Source: Heterodontus francisci | Lineage: Eukaryota | Reading direction: 5' to 3' | DNA length: 64,000 bases | Assembly (NCBI RefSeq): GCF_036365525.1 | Contig: NC_090416.1 | Coordinates: forward strand, 15,038,945-15,102,944 | Part shown: piece by piece, positions 50,131-63,295 of the stretch | Position numbering within the stretch: position 1 is the stretch's first letter | How the letters are laid out: each line of letters starts with the position of its first letter | Made by a program: the position numbers and the translations under genes | Notes under the pieces: generated by a model | Databases searched by the model: none | The model's input: the letters and a program-made list of their open reading frames with translations, nothing else | Told to the model about the DNA's origin: nothing

Positions 50131-51977
50131 CCACAAGTTCACCTCTGTGAGACCCCTTCTTCTGTCTTCTCTACGTGCAGCCAGTATGAAGGCTGCAGAC
50201 TGGCCTTTAAAAATGGCAGCATTAACCTCCCTACCGGGAGTAGCTCCTGCAATTCATCGGTTATTGGCCGGCTTCCCTGCCAACCGGGCGCTAATTTCGC
50301 GCATAGCGGAAAATGGACCCGAACGTCTCGCCACCCGCCCACGTGGCCCCGTGACCCACAAATGACCCTGGTGTTGGGATTTCATGCCTTTTGATAAAAT
50401 CCAGTCTATTGTGTTTCTGGATGTTTGATGAAGGAGGTGCCTTGGATGTTATAGGATCATAGAATGGTTCCAGCACAGAAGGAGGTCATTTGGCCCATCG
50501 TGTCCCTACTAATTCTGTATAAGAGCTACTCAGCTAGTCCCACTCCCCTTTCCTCAGAGACATGCAAACTTTTGTCTTCAGATAACTATTAGCCATCTAA
50601 GTTTAAGACAGTTTAGGTGTCTGTTGAGAGTTGCCGTTGCTTTACATTGCAAATACAATGGCTGGTTCCGCCGGCAGTGGATCCCTTTGTCAATCTGATG
50701 GAAAGTTTTTGACTTCTCGTCTCTCTCCCGCCTTCATATTGCTGACAGTTTCAACGCAGCAAGATCCAAGCCTGTGTAGAGTCTGGTCACGTGGGCTGCC
50801 CCGAGCCTGGAAAATATATTAAGACAGAGAAATATATAAATATTTAAATCGTGTTTCTATCAATTTACTCCATACAGCACGAATCTGTCTTTTTACAGAC
50901 AACAGGAGACAAATCTGAATCATAAAATATCCCAAATCAGGAAGAAATAAGCTTCCTTTTCAAATCAAAATATCAACTCAGAAACTAGACGTTTGATTGG
51001 TAGCAAAGTCCAACCAATCTCATCAGACGTCCCGTCCAGCGTCATCTGCCAGAGTTCCAGGGTCAAGGGGAACAGTTCCGCATTTTGGACCCGGGCTAAT
51101 TTGTTGAACAGATTAAAAAACGACTCCATGGTTCCCCTAGCGGCAAGCCAATAGAGTTCGTGTGATGCGGGCGTTACTGAACAAAACTGTTTGTCCATTA
51201 GGAGGGAGAAGCTCACTGTTCAGCCGCGCAGACACAACAGCGTCTCTTTACAGCACGTACACACATATACATAGACACACAGACTTCGCCTACACACATG
51301 CTCTCACACATACACTGACACAAGCGTGCATACATGTGAACAAAACCACACGGATATATACACTCACTCTTCTTTCACGACTTTGATGGAAGCCATTTAG
51401 GGACACAATTGGAGTTCTCTTAACAAATATCCAGGAATGTTGTCTCATTTTTGCATTTCCTTCATAGTTCTGGAGGCTAAAGTATTTAAAGCAGGAATCG
51501 CACTGGGAGATTCCCTGTAAAAAGCACTGCAAGATATGGGTATCTCTAATAAAACACTCACTGCTGAGATTACTCTGTGGATCAGCAGCTGTTGAAGACA
51601 TTACTCCCTACACCTTAACTTACCCTATTATTAGATAACAGGGCGGCTGATGGATTCGTTCTGTTTCCCGCTGCAGAGATAATGAGGATTGGATACAAAT
51701 TAAAATGATGATTGTAGATTCCCACTGCTCTCTACTAACGGAACGAAGCACTCCTTTCAAGCTGAAACTGCAGGCAGGCAAAAATATAAATCCTTTGTCG
51801 CCTGCCATTAATATTGAGATGGGAATTGTGGAGCGGTCTTAGATTCAATCTTTAAAGAACGTGGAAAATGTAAACATATACAATTGGAATGGGTGTTGGG
51901 GTTTAACTGGGTTTGACACAGTGTGAAATACAGTGAGAACGTTAATGATGAATTTTACAAATGGCTGAGTTACTCAC

Positions 51978-52205
51978 TTTTCATTGTGGCCTCTCCTGAC
52001 TCGTTTTTCTGAAACAATAAACTGTAATTAGCATTTCAAACTGCGAGAAGGGAATCACATTGAACAAACAATTATCAAAATATCCCGAATAGACATTAAT
52101 TCCTCACCTGATCTGCCTCTTTTATGAATCCAAATGGAAGTGAGGATCGAGAGTAGAACCAGGATCACCGCGACGGTTGTGACAACGAGAAGAGTCAGAA
52201 AGTAC
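51978..52205 (-). pseudogene. Orphan A-type TM exon plus first cytoplasmic exon
   Basis: TM about 52108-52205 (YFLTLLVVTTVAVILVLLSILTSIWIHKRGRS; acceptor region shortened, out of phase) and a 31-nt exon 51978-52008 nearly identical to 58888-58918. Confidence 0.8.
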
Positions 52206-55200
52206 CTTACAAAACAGCTGGAAAAAGCTTTACGGTTAAGCAATTCTTTTCTGGGATTCTCTGACGGGAAACTGGACCAATTGCAAAGTCGGAGCAGCAA
52301 ACGCGGGATGTGACGTGATAACAGAAACAGCCAATGCGACTGAGAGCTGACGGATGGGAGCGCAGAATGGAATAACTTGCAGTGATTGATACTTGAGACA
52401 GAACTCAACAAATATCGTTCACTCATTTGATTGACTGAGAGCGGAGTGTTAATCTCAATAGTACCCATAATGCCCTTAAACTGTTAGGCAGCTCCGTGTG
52501 AACATCCTGAGAATATCGTTCCAAGATTTTACTCCCTTTGTAGTGAAGTAATTGGCATGAGTATGTTAAACTTGGAACTCTTTCTCTCTATCTCTATTTT
52601 TGTATCGTGATATCTACAAATCTCCATCTCCGTCTCTGCCTCCATGTAAATCTATCTCCATGCTCAGGAGTGGTTAAGGTGAATAGCAGAGATGCATTAG
52701 AGGGAAAGCTGGATAAACACATGAAGGTGAAAGGAATAGAAGGATACGCTGATAGGGGAGATGAAGAGGGGGTGGGAGGAAACTCGTATGTTGCATAAAC
52801 ACCAGCACGGAGCAGCTGGGCCGAATGGTCTGTTTCTGTGCTGCCAAATTCTATATAATTCTCTGCAAAGCACCTGTGGAACCTCGGTCAATGTTTACCA
52901 TCTTCAAGGGATGGACGGAAACTGGGAGAAAAGATCAAGTTACATTAATCCTAATTTTCAGCGCCTGGTGGAATGCATTACTGGCAGAACTGGCTCTGAA
53001 TGGAACAGGCAGTATTGTAACTTACTGAACACTTGCACTGTTCATGCAGAAATGTTAGATTTTCAATGACACAGTTGCAATTGGGGGAGCTTGAGACAGA
53101 GATGGGGACAGCATTGACTGTGACGGCAGCTGTTGCTGTGAACCTCCTCGAGGCCCCTCGCTCGCAGCCCATTCTGTTCGGGCCGCTTCAAAAAGATGTG
53201 ACAAGTACAGCGAGTGGCGGAAATGGCTGGCCGAGATTCTCGCTTGAGCTGGAACATAATGTCCGAGGGAAAATCTCTCTGTGGTTTTCCTGTTTTCACA
53301 GCTCTGGCGCTTACGTACACAACTGCCTGCAAAGGTTAAACGGTGAGACTCAATGTTAAACCACAGACAGGAGAGCATTTGCTACGCAGGGTAGATTCAT
53401 AGAATCATAGAATGCACAAACACAGGCTGCTCGGCCATTCGTGTCCATGCTGGCTGTCTGCAAGAGAAACTGAGCAGAGGGCAGACTGGTATACAATAAC
53501 CTCGTTCACAGCGTCCTCTTCCATGTGACACCGCGCCCTGATTCCCAGCAAAAAATAATGTGAACTGTTATTTCCTCTTGAAGAAACGTTTTCAAATGAA
53601 CTGTTCGGGTAGACGCAATGCAAATCAGAGGAATAAAATGGTCCAATTCCGGTTTGAAGAAAAACTGCGGAGTGACTCAGCCTCAACCACCGCTGGATGA
53701 TGTGACCCGTTTCTGCCCGGGTTATTTTACAGTGAACTCACTCATCCAACCGTGGAATGTGGAGTGTGACCTCGGTCCAGGGTCCAAATACAAGCCCGGT
53801 AAAGATAGGCCTTAGGTGCTGGCCTGTTGTTGCTGCTGATCAAATGCCTGATTCATTCACTCGCTGTAAATAATTCTAAAGCATAACCCCCTTTAATGTA
53901 ATTGCTTGCGGTCTTTACTAGAAAAATTAAAAACAAAGCCTGGGGTTCACTTCTGGAGGAATATCATTCAAAAGCGGAGAAGTGATGTTCTTATATAGAA
54001 CCTTGCTTAGACCACGTTTAGACTGACTTGAGTGCAGTTCTGGTTCTCATATTATAAATAAGGATATTGAGGCACTGGAGAAGAAACAGGTAAGTTTTAC
54101 TAGAATGATACCAGAACTGATAAGTTACAATCATCAGGAAAGATTGAACAGGCTGGGGCTCTTTTCTCTCGAAAAGAGAAGGCTGGTGATCGACCTGATA
54201 GAGGTCTTTAAAATTATGAAAGGGTTCGGTAGGGCAGACATAGAGAAAATGTTTCCACTTGTGGGGGAGATCAGAACTAGACGCCATCAATATGAGATAG
54301 TCACAATAAATCCAATGCGGAATTCAGGAGAAAGCTCTTTATTCAGAGAGTGGTGAGAATGTGGAACTCGCGACCACAGGGAGTGGTTGAGGGGAATAGC
54401 AGAGATACATTTAAAGGGAAGCTGGATATCCACAAGAGGGACAAAAGAATAGAATGATATGTTGATAGGGTGAGATGAACGGGGGTGAGAGGAAGCTCGT
54501 GCGGACAGAAACACCAGTACGGGGCAGATGGGCTGAATGGCCTGCTTCTGTGCTGTACATTCTATGAGATTCTTATAAAATATAAGATTTTGTTGTACTG
54601 TAGCATCAAAGGACCTGAACGTTTATAGCAAAGAAGTCATAACTGTGCAGTGAATCTTCCAGTGAACAGCTGCAAACACCGAGATTAAAATACATTGTGT
54701 AACATTGCAATCAAAGTTTGAAACTGCCTTTTCCGAGTCGTTCAATCAAACCATTAGTGAATAGAATTGTGCAACGAATTTAGGACATTTAGTGTCGGTT
54801 AAGCCCCACTGATGTTTTGTACCATAGATTCAGTCAATGGAAAGCTAATCAATGAGACTTAACAGAAAGGAGGACTGTGCATGGAAAGTTTAAATGGTTG
54901 GACTGAATTCAAGAAGGATTCATTCATTCACATTCTGGATAAATGCAGTGAATTAACCTGTTTGACTCATTAGAATTCCAAGATTTTACTCCCTTTGTTA
55001 AATCTCCGGGCGTCTTCTGTTCTGGCTAATAACAGACCAGTAACTAAAAATCAACATTAAACCGCACACAGCTTCATCCATCATTTTCCAGTCTCTCTCC
55101 AAGCAGGTGGTTTCAAGAATGTTGTACAACCTCTTTACAGAATAGGTAAATTGGATTACACTCTGAACTCCAGGCTTTCACCTCCCAAGCCCGTGACCTC

Positions 55201-55904
55201 TACCACTGACGCACAGTAGCAGCAGTGTGTACCATTTACAAGATGCACTGCAGCAACTCACCAACGCTCTTTTGACAGCACCTTCCAACCCCGCGACCTC
55301 CACCACCTAGAAGGACAAGGGCAGCAGACGCATCGGCAAGTTCGCCTCTAACCCACACACCATCCTGACTTGGAAATATATCGACCGTTCCTTCACAGTG
55401 GCTGGGTCAAAATCCTGGAACGCCCTTCCTAACACTGTGGGTGTACCTACCCCACATGGAGTGCAGCAGTTCAAGAAGGCAGCTCACCACAACCTTCTCA
55501 AGGCAATTAGAATGGGTAATAAATGACAGGCCCGCCCACATCCCGAGAATGAATTGGAAAATGCTAAACTTTAACTGATAAAATTAGTATTCGACAGCGT
55601 GACAAATGCGGACCTCCAAAGAATCACTTTCCTGCTACCCTCTCTGAACGACAACCCAGTAAAGCTCTTTCGAGATATTCTTCCTTTTGCACTAGTTTGA
55701 CCGCCTTGACGGACAGACGCTGACCACAATATGTGGAACACATGAGGTGTGGGGTCCACTAGCAAACCGCACGCAAAAGGCTGAGCTCCTCATAACTGCC
55801 ACGGCATCTGAAGAGAGGCAACTCAATGCGACTGGGCTCAGGTCAACCGGCGCCCAGTATTGAGAGCGAGCACGGGGAGAACTCACGCCGGTTCCGGCCT
55901 CAGA

Positions 55905-58900
55905 ATGTTTAGGGAAGCTTTTTCTCTGATGCTCATTTTCCAAGTGCTCCGGGCTTACGGTGAGTGAGAATTCTTAAGTGGAATCAGTCAGGGTCAGTGT
56001 TCATTGAGGTGAAAATGTAATCGAGTTATCCAGTGAAGGGATTGGGCCTGATAATATTAGTTTACTTTCTGCTGCTCTTATAATGTGAAGAAAATGAAAA
56101 TTGGAGATTAAATAGAGTCAACTAGATGTAAAAGCAACAATGAGGTTGTTCTTCAATTCCAGGCGATGTGTTTCAAAGCGGCTTCTTTCCATCTCTCAAT
56201 AATCAGCTGTAATGTTACAATAATCTCTCTAGTTGCAGGATCCGGGCCCTTTCTGTCTCAGAGTCCCTTCACAGTGACAGCTGAAGTCGGCCAGCCAGTG
56301 GAACTAGCCTGTTACCGAACTTCCCAAGTGGAAGTAGTGACTAGCTATCTCTGGTACAAGCAGCTTGTGGGTGAAGCCCCGAGAATAATCGATATCCCAC
56401 CCTGTAATTGGGCCGCTTGTAAGTTTGTTTCTAAAAAAGGCAACAGCAAGCATGAATTGATACTGGAAATTCGCAATGTCCAGGTGACTGACTCGGGGTC
56501 CTACTACTGTGCTGATAGGGGTGGCTATGCACCGCTCCAGAATGGATCCAAACTACTGGTTGGAGGTAAGAGAGTGAGCAAATTGAATCCAGATCATGCA
56601 CAGCATTATCATTCAGTGCAAACTAATCATTAACTGTGTCTCAATCTGTGTCCAGACAGTTCCACTAACAAGACAGCGCTGCTGGTATTTGTCCCGCCCG
56701 GTGAGCTGCATTTGAGGGAAACCATCCCCTTACTGTGTTTGGTCAGTGGCGTTTCCTCCAAGCAAATTGTTATTTTCTGGAACATTTCCGGCCAGCTCAC
56801 CGAGGGACGGAGCGATTCCGGTACAATGCAGCCGGACGGGACCTACAGCATCAGAAGTCACGTCATGGTGTCGGGGGAAAGCTGGAGAAGCGGCGGTGTC
56901 TGTACTTGTATTGCTGAACATGGGGTCTCCGGGAAAATCCTGGACAAAGAGCGTGTACATCCCCAAGGCAGTGTCAGGTGAGCTGGTGATTTGTACAATG
57001 AAGGCTTGTATTCAGCTTTAGCGTCAGTTGGAGGAGTTCACTAGCTTCTAAGCGCCTGCAATCTGTAAATCAAACATCTCCACGGTATAAGCATACATAC
57101 GGAACTATTTCAGGACAAGTAGTGTGTTCAGTCTGTTCAAATATGTTGAAAGAAGTTACGATTACCCTCTGTCCCTATTGGAGTCCTGTTGATGGAAATA
57201 CTTTCTCGGCTGAGTTTAGATTTGTGTGTGTCATCTTAGAATGATAGAATGCCACAGAGCAGAAAGATCCCATTCGGCCCATCGCGCCCCTGCTTGCCCT
57301 TTGAAAGAGCTATTTAATCAGTCCCACCCTTTCCCCATAGCCCTGCCAAATTATCCCCTTCCAGTAATAATCCGATTCCCTTCTGAAAGTTATGAGTGAA
57401 TCTGCTTCCACCGCCCTTTCAGGAAGAGGATCTTGGAGTGGATTTGAGTTAAATTCTACACTGAACCCGTTTTACTAGCAGAAAGCAGCGAAGACATGAA
57501 ATTGTTGATAAAATAGATGTGCGTCTGCTAGTATGAGATGCTCCCTCATTCCCACCCGTTTCCTTCATCGTTTCCAGGAACCTCACTTATCAATTCCCAG
57601 TTATCTCGTAAAATCGATTGTAATTTAAATTTTACTTTGTGATATCAGCAATGAGATATAACATTAACCTCAGGATATGAGACTTCCCTAAAATTGGTTT
57701 GTTAGAAACTGTTCGAGATTATCACTGATGAAGCACATGTACAGAAATCTTTGAAGCTGAGAGGACAAGTGGAAATGGTTGTTAAATGATATATCGGTTC
57801 CTTGGCTTTATTAATACAGGAATCGAATACAAGAGAAAGTTATACTTTATATAATCACTGGTCAGACCCCAGCTGGAAGATTGTGTTCGAATCTGGGCAT
57901 CACACTTTAGCAAGGAGTTTAAAAGTCTTAACACTGAGGAGATGTATCAGCATGGTCCCAGGGATGAGGGACTTCAGTTAATGTTGAGAGACTGGAGAAG
58001 CTGGGATTGTTCTCATTACAGCAGAGAAGGTTAAGAAGAGATTTAACAGAGGTATTCAAAATCATGAAGTGTTTTGATAGAGTAAATAAATAAGAAACTG
58101 TCTCCACTGGCAGGAGGGTCAGTAGCCAGAGAACATAGATGTAAGATAATTGGTAAAAGAACCAGAGAAGGAGATGAGAATATATTGGTTTAAACAGCGA
58201 GTTGTTGTGATCTGCAACGCGCTGCCTGAAGGGGCGGTGGAAGCAGACCCGGTAATAACTTTCAAAAGGGAATTGAATAAATACTTGACGGGACAACATT
58301 AACAGGACTGTGGAGGAAAGAGCTGGGAACTCACATTGGAACTAATTGGATAGCTGTTTCAAAGGGCCAGCATAGCCACGATGGGCCGAATTGCCTCCTC
58401 CTGTGCTGTAAGATTCTATGACTCAATTTTCAAATAAAAGATTGGAATTGTGGTACATTATAATTATGGGGTAATACTGACAATGTTGCCTGTCAAATGA
58501 TCTCAACTACCAAACATTGTGCAATTTATACCATTCTAAGTTTTCACTCGCTGACTACCAGTCGTATTGGCGTTTTGTTTTCATTTCACACCGCGAGATT
58601 ATAACTGGGTCAAGTTTCCCATCAGAGAATCCCAGAAAAGAATGACTTTTAACCGAGCAGCAGTTTCTAAGTGTTCTGTCTCTGCAGAGCCGTGCAATCT
58701 GATCCTTCCCGCTGCCATAACCGGCGCCCTGAACCTAGTTCTACTCTTGATCCTCATTTCCATTTGGATTCGTAAAAGAGGCAGATCAGGTGAGGAGCTA
58801 ATGTCTATCAGGGATATTTTAATAATTGTTTGTTCAATGTGATCCCTTCTGGCAGTTTGAAATGCTAATTACAGTTTATTGTTTCAGAAGAACGAGTCAG

Positions 58901-60515
58901 GAGAGGCCACAATGAAAAGTGAGTAACTGAACCGTTTGTAAAATTCATCATTAACAGTCTCACTGCATTTAACACTGTGTCAAAGCCAGTTAAACCCCAA
59001 CTCCAATGGCATATGTTTATATATTCTGCATTCTTTTAAGGTTGATTCTAAGACCACTCCACAATTCTCTTCTCAATATTTATGGCAAGTGACCCAGGAT
59101 TTACAAGAAGTAACACTTGTTTGCTATTTTTGCCTGCATGCAGTTTTAGCTTGAAAGAGAGAAAACAAAGTGGGAAAAGGAATCAGCGACGATCGGGTAA
59201 GTTGGTTTGAAATGTTGGTGTAGGTTGAATATCAAAGGCGGGAAAGCTAAAGGATCAAATAAGTCCTTTTCCCGCCACCAGAATGTTCTAAATCGATTTC
59301 CTGTCTGTTGTTCCCACAAAAAACTCTAATTATTGATTATTAAAACCGACAGTAATGTATCAGATTGGCAATATAGGGCGGACACCGGTGGTTGATCGTT
59401 GGACCATCTATTGGAGTGTTGGGGACCATTGGCGTATGGGAGATCATTGGCGCATTGGGAGATCATTGATCCATTGGTGCAAGACTGAAGCAATGGGGAC
59501 CATTGGCACATTTGGGGATCATTGGCATATCGTGAAACATTGGTGTATTGGGGGAACATTGAAGTAATTGGGACCATTGACATATTGGGAAACACTGGCG
59601 CATTGGGGTATCATTGATGTATTCTGAACCATTAGTGCCGTGTCGATCATTGGCGTATTGGGGGACATTGGTGTAGTGGTAGATTATTGACGGATTGGGG
59701 AATCACTTGTGCATTGAGGAACATTGGTATGGTCGCGGTTCATTGGCTCACTGTGTCTCTGTCATTAGTTATGGATTATTCAGACGGGGATAATATTTCA
59801 CTTCATATCTTAATCATCAATACACAGATGACAATCGACAAACAGAGGCGAGGGGAAAACATCAGGGTGCAAAACAGGTAAGCTCAGTTTACATAATATG
59901 CAGGAAGTTGATTTTTTAGGATATGGTGTCACATGTCTCATGCTGGATATTTCACATGGTTAACAGAGCAGGTCACAGTCTGGAGCATCTTCATTTGTAT
60001 CGAAACCCACTCGTCCGTCCAACTAGAAACAGATCACATCCCACAGCCCTCTCCCCATCTGATAATGGAAAGGGCAGGTTAATTATCCCGGTACAATGCC
60101 TCCATCACACTTTACTGCAGATTTCCAGTAGTTTCTGTTTCTATTGCAGATTTCCAGCTTTCCACTACATTTATTTTGTTTATCTCGACAGTGAGATTAG
60201 TCCCCCGTCCCCCGCCTCCCGTCTTCCTCCCTACCATCAACCCAACCCCCCCACCCCCAGCAGCCCCCCCCCCCCCGCCCCACCCAACCAGGGAATGTTC
60301 TCATGCATTAGCCGCTGGAAGTACTATGAAGATTTAGAAATAAGACCAAGCCCACGGTAGTTTCACAGATAAATCGGGATAGTGTGACCTGTCTTGAACT
60401 ATCTTTGAATGTTAATGTGTAATATATTTACCAGTCTCAGGGCGGACCTCTCTACGCCTCCCTGGAGTTTGCTGCATTGGAAAAGAAATCAAAAAAGAAG
60501 GCGGGTCGCAGATGA
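55905..60515 (+). pseudogene. Non-rearranging VJ-C1 receptor, subfamily A, gene A2 (+1 frameshift at the end of C1; pseudogene, secreted variant or sequence error)
   Basis: Exons: L 55905-55959, V(J) 56233-56565, C1 56656-56977 (322 nt vs 321 in A1; extra A at about 56920), TM 58688-58789 (EPCNLILPAAITGALNLVLLLILISIWIRKRGRS), cytoplasmic 58888-58918, 59144-59196, 59828-59877, last 60435-60515 (SQGGPLYASLEFAALEKKSKKKAGRR*). AATAAA at 60870. Confidence 0.82.
59400..59750. repeat. Expanded CATTGG minisatellite in an A2 intron
   Basis: Many CATTGG/TATTGG units; roughly twice the length of the A1 copy. Confidence 0.75.
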
Positions 60516-63250
60516 GAACCCGGATGGTTTCTATCCGGTGAATTATGGAGGAGACAGGATTTGCAAAAGAAGAGAACCCAGAGCCTTGCGGAAATAATAA
60601 CAGAGCCAAGGAAACTCCCATCAAATACCTAAACTGTCTCCGTGCATTGGCCAGTGTTTACAAAGACTGTCCGGCTTTTTTGTTAAATGTAAAATAACGG
60701 GTTTTGAGTATTGTGAAGGATATTTTACTATGTTAGTGTAATTCAAGTGTAAAACAAAATGAAGCAAAGAATCAGGGGTTTTCCTGTGTGAGTTTCTCAG
60801 AGGGTTTTCTGCTGATCCTGTAGCTCCAGTCACTGACAGGATGTGTTTTTTGGCTAACGCCTGTATGTAAATAAAATAAATAATTCTTCGACTATAACAA
60901 TGCACCAGAGGTTTGTATTGATCAATTATTAGCTGATAATTAAATGTTATATGGATTAAACGTCAATTCCTGTTGAACAGACAGTATCATTCCTGGATAG
61001 AGATACTGTTAGTGGCAAGTTTCCCTGTCTGAGATGTGATAGGCTGATTCATTTACAGAACATGAACACAACAGGAGAAAAACACGGTCAGATCTGCAGG
61101 AAATTGCGTTTGCTTCTATTTTACCTGTGGGTGGTGTGTTTTGCTTTGTGTGTAATTTTATAACTACATGTCAGAGACATATGGTGAATGTAGTGTGTTT
61201 GTGAAGAACAGGCGACTTTGGAGCTCGGCTTCCCAGAGCTCTCCACCACCGGGGCTTCCCTCGCCTCCTGACTGGGACTGTTGTGGACTCATTAATGAGA
61301 TCTATTGCCATGACAACCCCTTTATGGTTGTATTATGTGACTACCAGGATAGGAGATGGCGATCCAAATGGAGTTTGATCTTTTTCCATCTCTGATTGTT
61401 ATTTTTGTAATCCCAGTTTTGCACAGCTTTGCGATATGGATATTCAGTCAGACAGGGGATTACACCATGTGTGGTTATCGTGCTTTACTCATCAGAGTCA
61501 GATCAGTCTAAGTCTTCCCGTTCTGATTACTCTAGAATCAGCAGATACAACACGATGAGATTCAGAAGCAGTAAAAACATTTCCAGGCAAAAACTCTATC
61601 AACATCCATCTCCCAGAAACTGTCTAGTAAATCTCATGAGGATTTGAATGAACTCTTAACAATCGAGTTCTTTTTCATGATTAAGTGCTGATCTGATTGA
61701 GGGGTTTAGGATGATTAATTGTTTTGACAGTGTAGATAGAGAGAAACTATTTCCTCTGGTGGGGGCGGGGGAGGGGAACCCAAAACAAGGGGGCAGAACC
61801 TTACAATTAGAGCCAGGCCATTCAGGGGTGATGTGAGGAAGCACTTCTTCACAAAAAGGGGAGTGGAAATCTGGAACTCTGACCCCCAAAAATGATTTTC
61901 AGGTTGGTGTCCATTCCTTCTTTTCTTTGATAAGGGTATTAAGGGATCTACAAACACAGAGGATGGATGGAGTTACAATTCTTGCAGCAAACTCATAAAC
62001 TCATTAATCATCACACCGACCATCTCAAGCTCAACTTTGTAATGTTTGTGAAATTGAAGGTGTAACGGAAATATATCACACCACCTCAGTGAAACATTGT
62101 TTGAATTTTACTCTTACATTTGAATTGTGTTTTTAGTGTGAGGAGTGGATTGTGTTACTGATGCAAATAATTCACATCACCAGCAAACCGATTTCAGGCA
62201 CTGCCCGTGTGATCTGCTTTACAAAGTTAAAAATTATTTACAGCACAGAAAACAGGCCATTTGGCCCATATGCTCCGTGCTCGTGCTTCAGCTCCTCACG
62301 AGCCTCCTCCCATTGCCTTCTTCATCTCACCCCATCAACATATCCTTCCATTCCTTTCTCCCTCATGTGTTTATCCAGATTCTCCTTAAATGTATCTCTG
62401 CTATTCACCTCAACCACTCCCTGTGGTAGCAAGTTCCACATTCTCACCACTCTCTGGGGAAAGAAATTTTTCCAGAATTCCCCATTGGATTTATTAGTGA
62501 TTGTCTTATATTGATGGCCTCTAGTTCCAATCGCGCCAGTGGAAACCTCTTCCCTACGTCTACACTATTAAATCATTTCATAATTTTAAAGACCTCTATC
62601 AGGTCGCCCCTCAGCCTTCTCCTTCTTGTGGTAAAGACTCCCATTCTGTTCAATATTTCCTGACAGTTATAACCTCGCTGTTCTGGTCTTATTCTGATCG
62701 GCATATCCCCAACTTTGGAACCTCAGGTATTTGCTCTAGAAAGGTGTAGTGTAAATTGGCTGAAGGGAGACACTGATCACATCTGACCTGAACGATTAAA
62801 AAGCTGGAATCCCAAACGCGCTACTCAGGATTCAAAACCTGTTTTATTGTATTGGTAACTTGGACACTAATGGATTATAAATATTATTTGAGTTATATCC
62901 TACTCACGTGCAAGACAAAGATGCACAATGAACTTTAAAATGCTAACACGAGCAAGAAGAAACATGTTGAGATTGAACTGAAAGCTTAAATTTCCGTTTC
63001 CGGAAGTGCGCTGCTTCTGTCAGCCGTTCAGACCCTCCAGTGTGATGTATTAGTCCTGTATTGCTCAATCTATCATCTGACTGATTATTATAGCTTCAAT
63101 GCTTTAAACCGGTAACAGAACTTGAGATCGCAGTCTCTTGCAAGGGTTCACACTTCCTGGCTGTAATCGAAATGAGGGAAAAACAGAGCAAACTTTCTTC
63201 AACACGTCATATCCGGGAAGCAGACTGTGAGCGCTCAGTTTCCCGTCCAA

Positions 63251-63295
63251 TCAGAGTGTGGGATCAGCATGAAATGCCAGGCCAGCATAAAGAGT
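63251..63295 (-). CDS. Last coding exon of a further subfamily B gene (B3); any upstream exons lie beyond the window
   Basis: 45-nt phase-0 exon TLYAGLAFHADPTL* after a pyrimidine tract and AG, homologous to 29998-30042. Confidence 0.7.
   Translation of the reverse strand, partial: TLYAGLAFHADPTL

Noticed and set aside
59920-60078. ORF 59923-60360 as an extra cytoplasmic exon (DMVSHVSCW..)
   Set aside because: It would need a 42-nt intron in A2 (50 nt in A1), and it is interrupted by a CR1 in A1. Direct phase-0 splicing of 59877 to 60435 already gives a coherent tail.
60409-60597. ORF-track translation LRADLSTPPWSLLHW.. of the last A exon (also 35805-36077)
   Set aside because: Wrong frame: the upstream exon ends in phase 0, which yields SQGGPLYASLEF..*.
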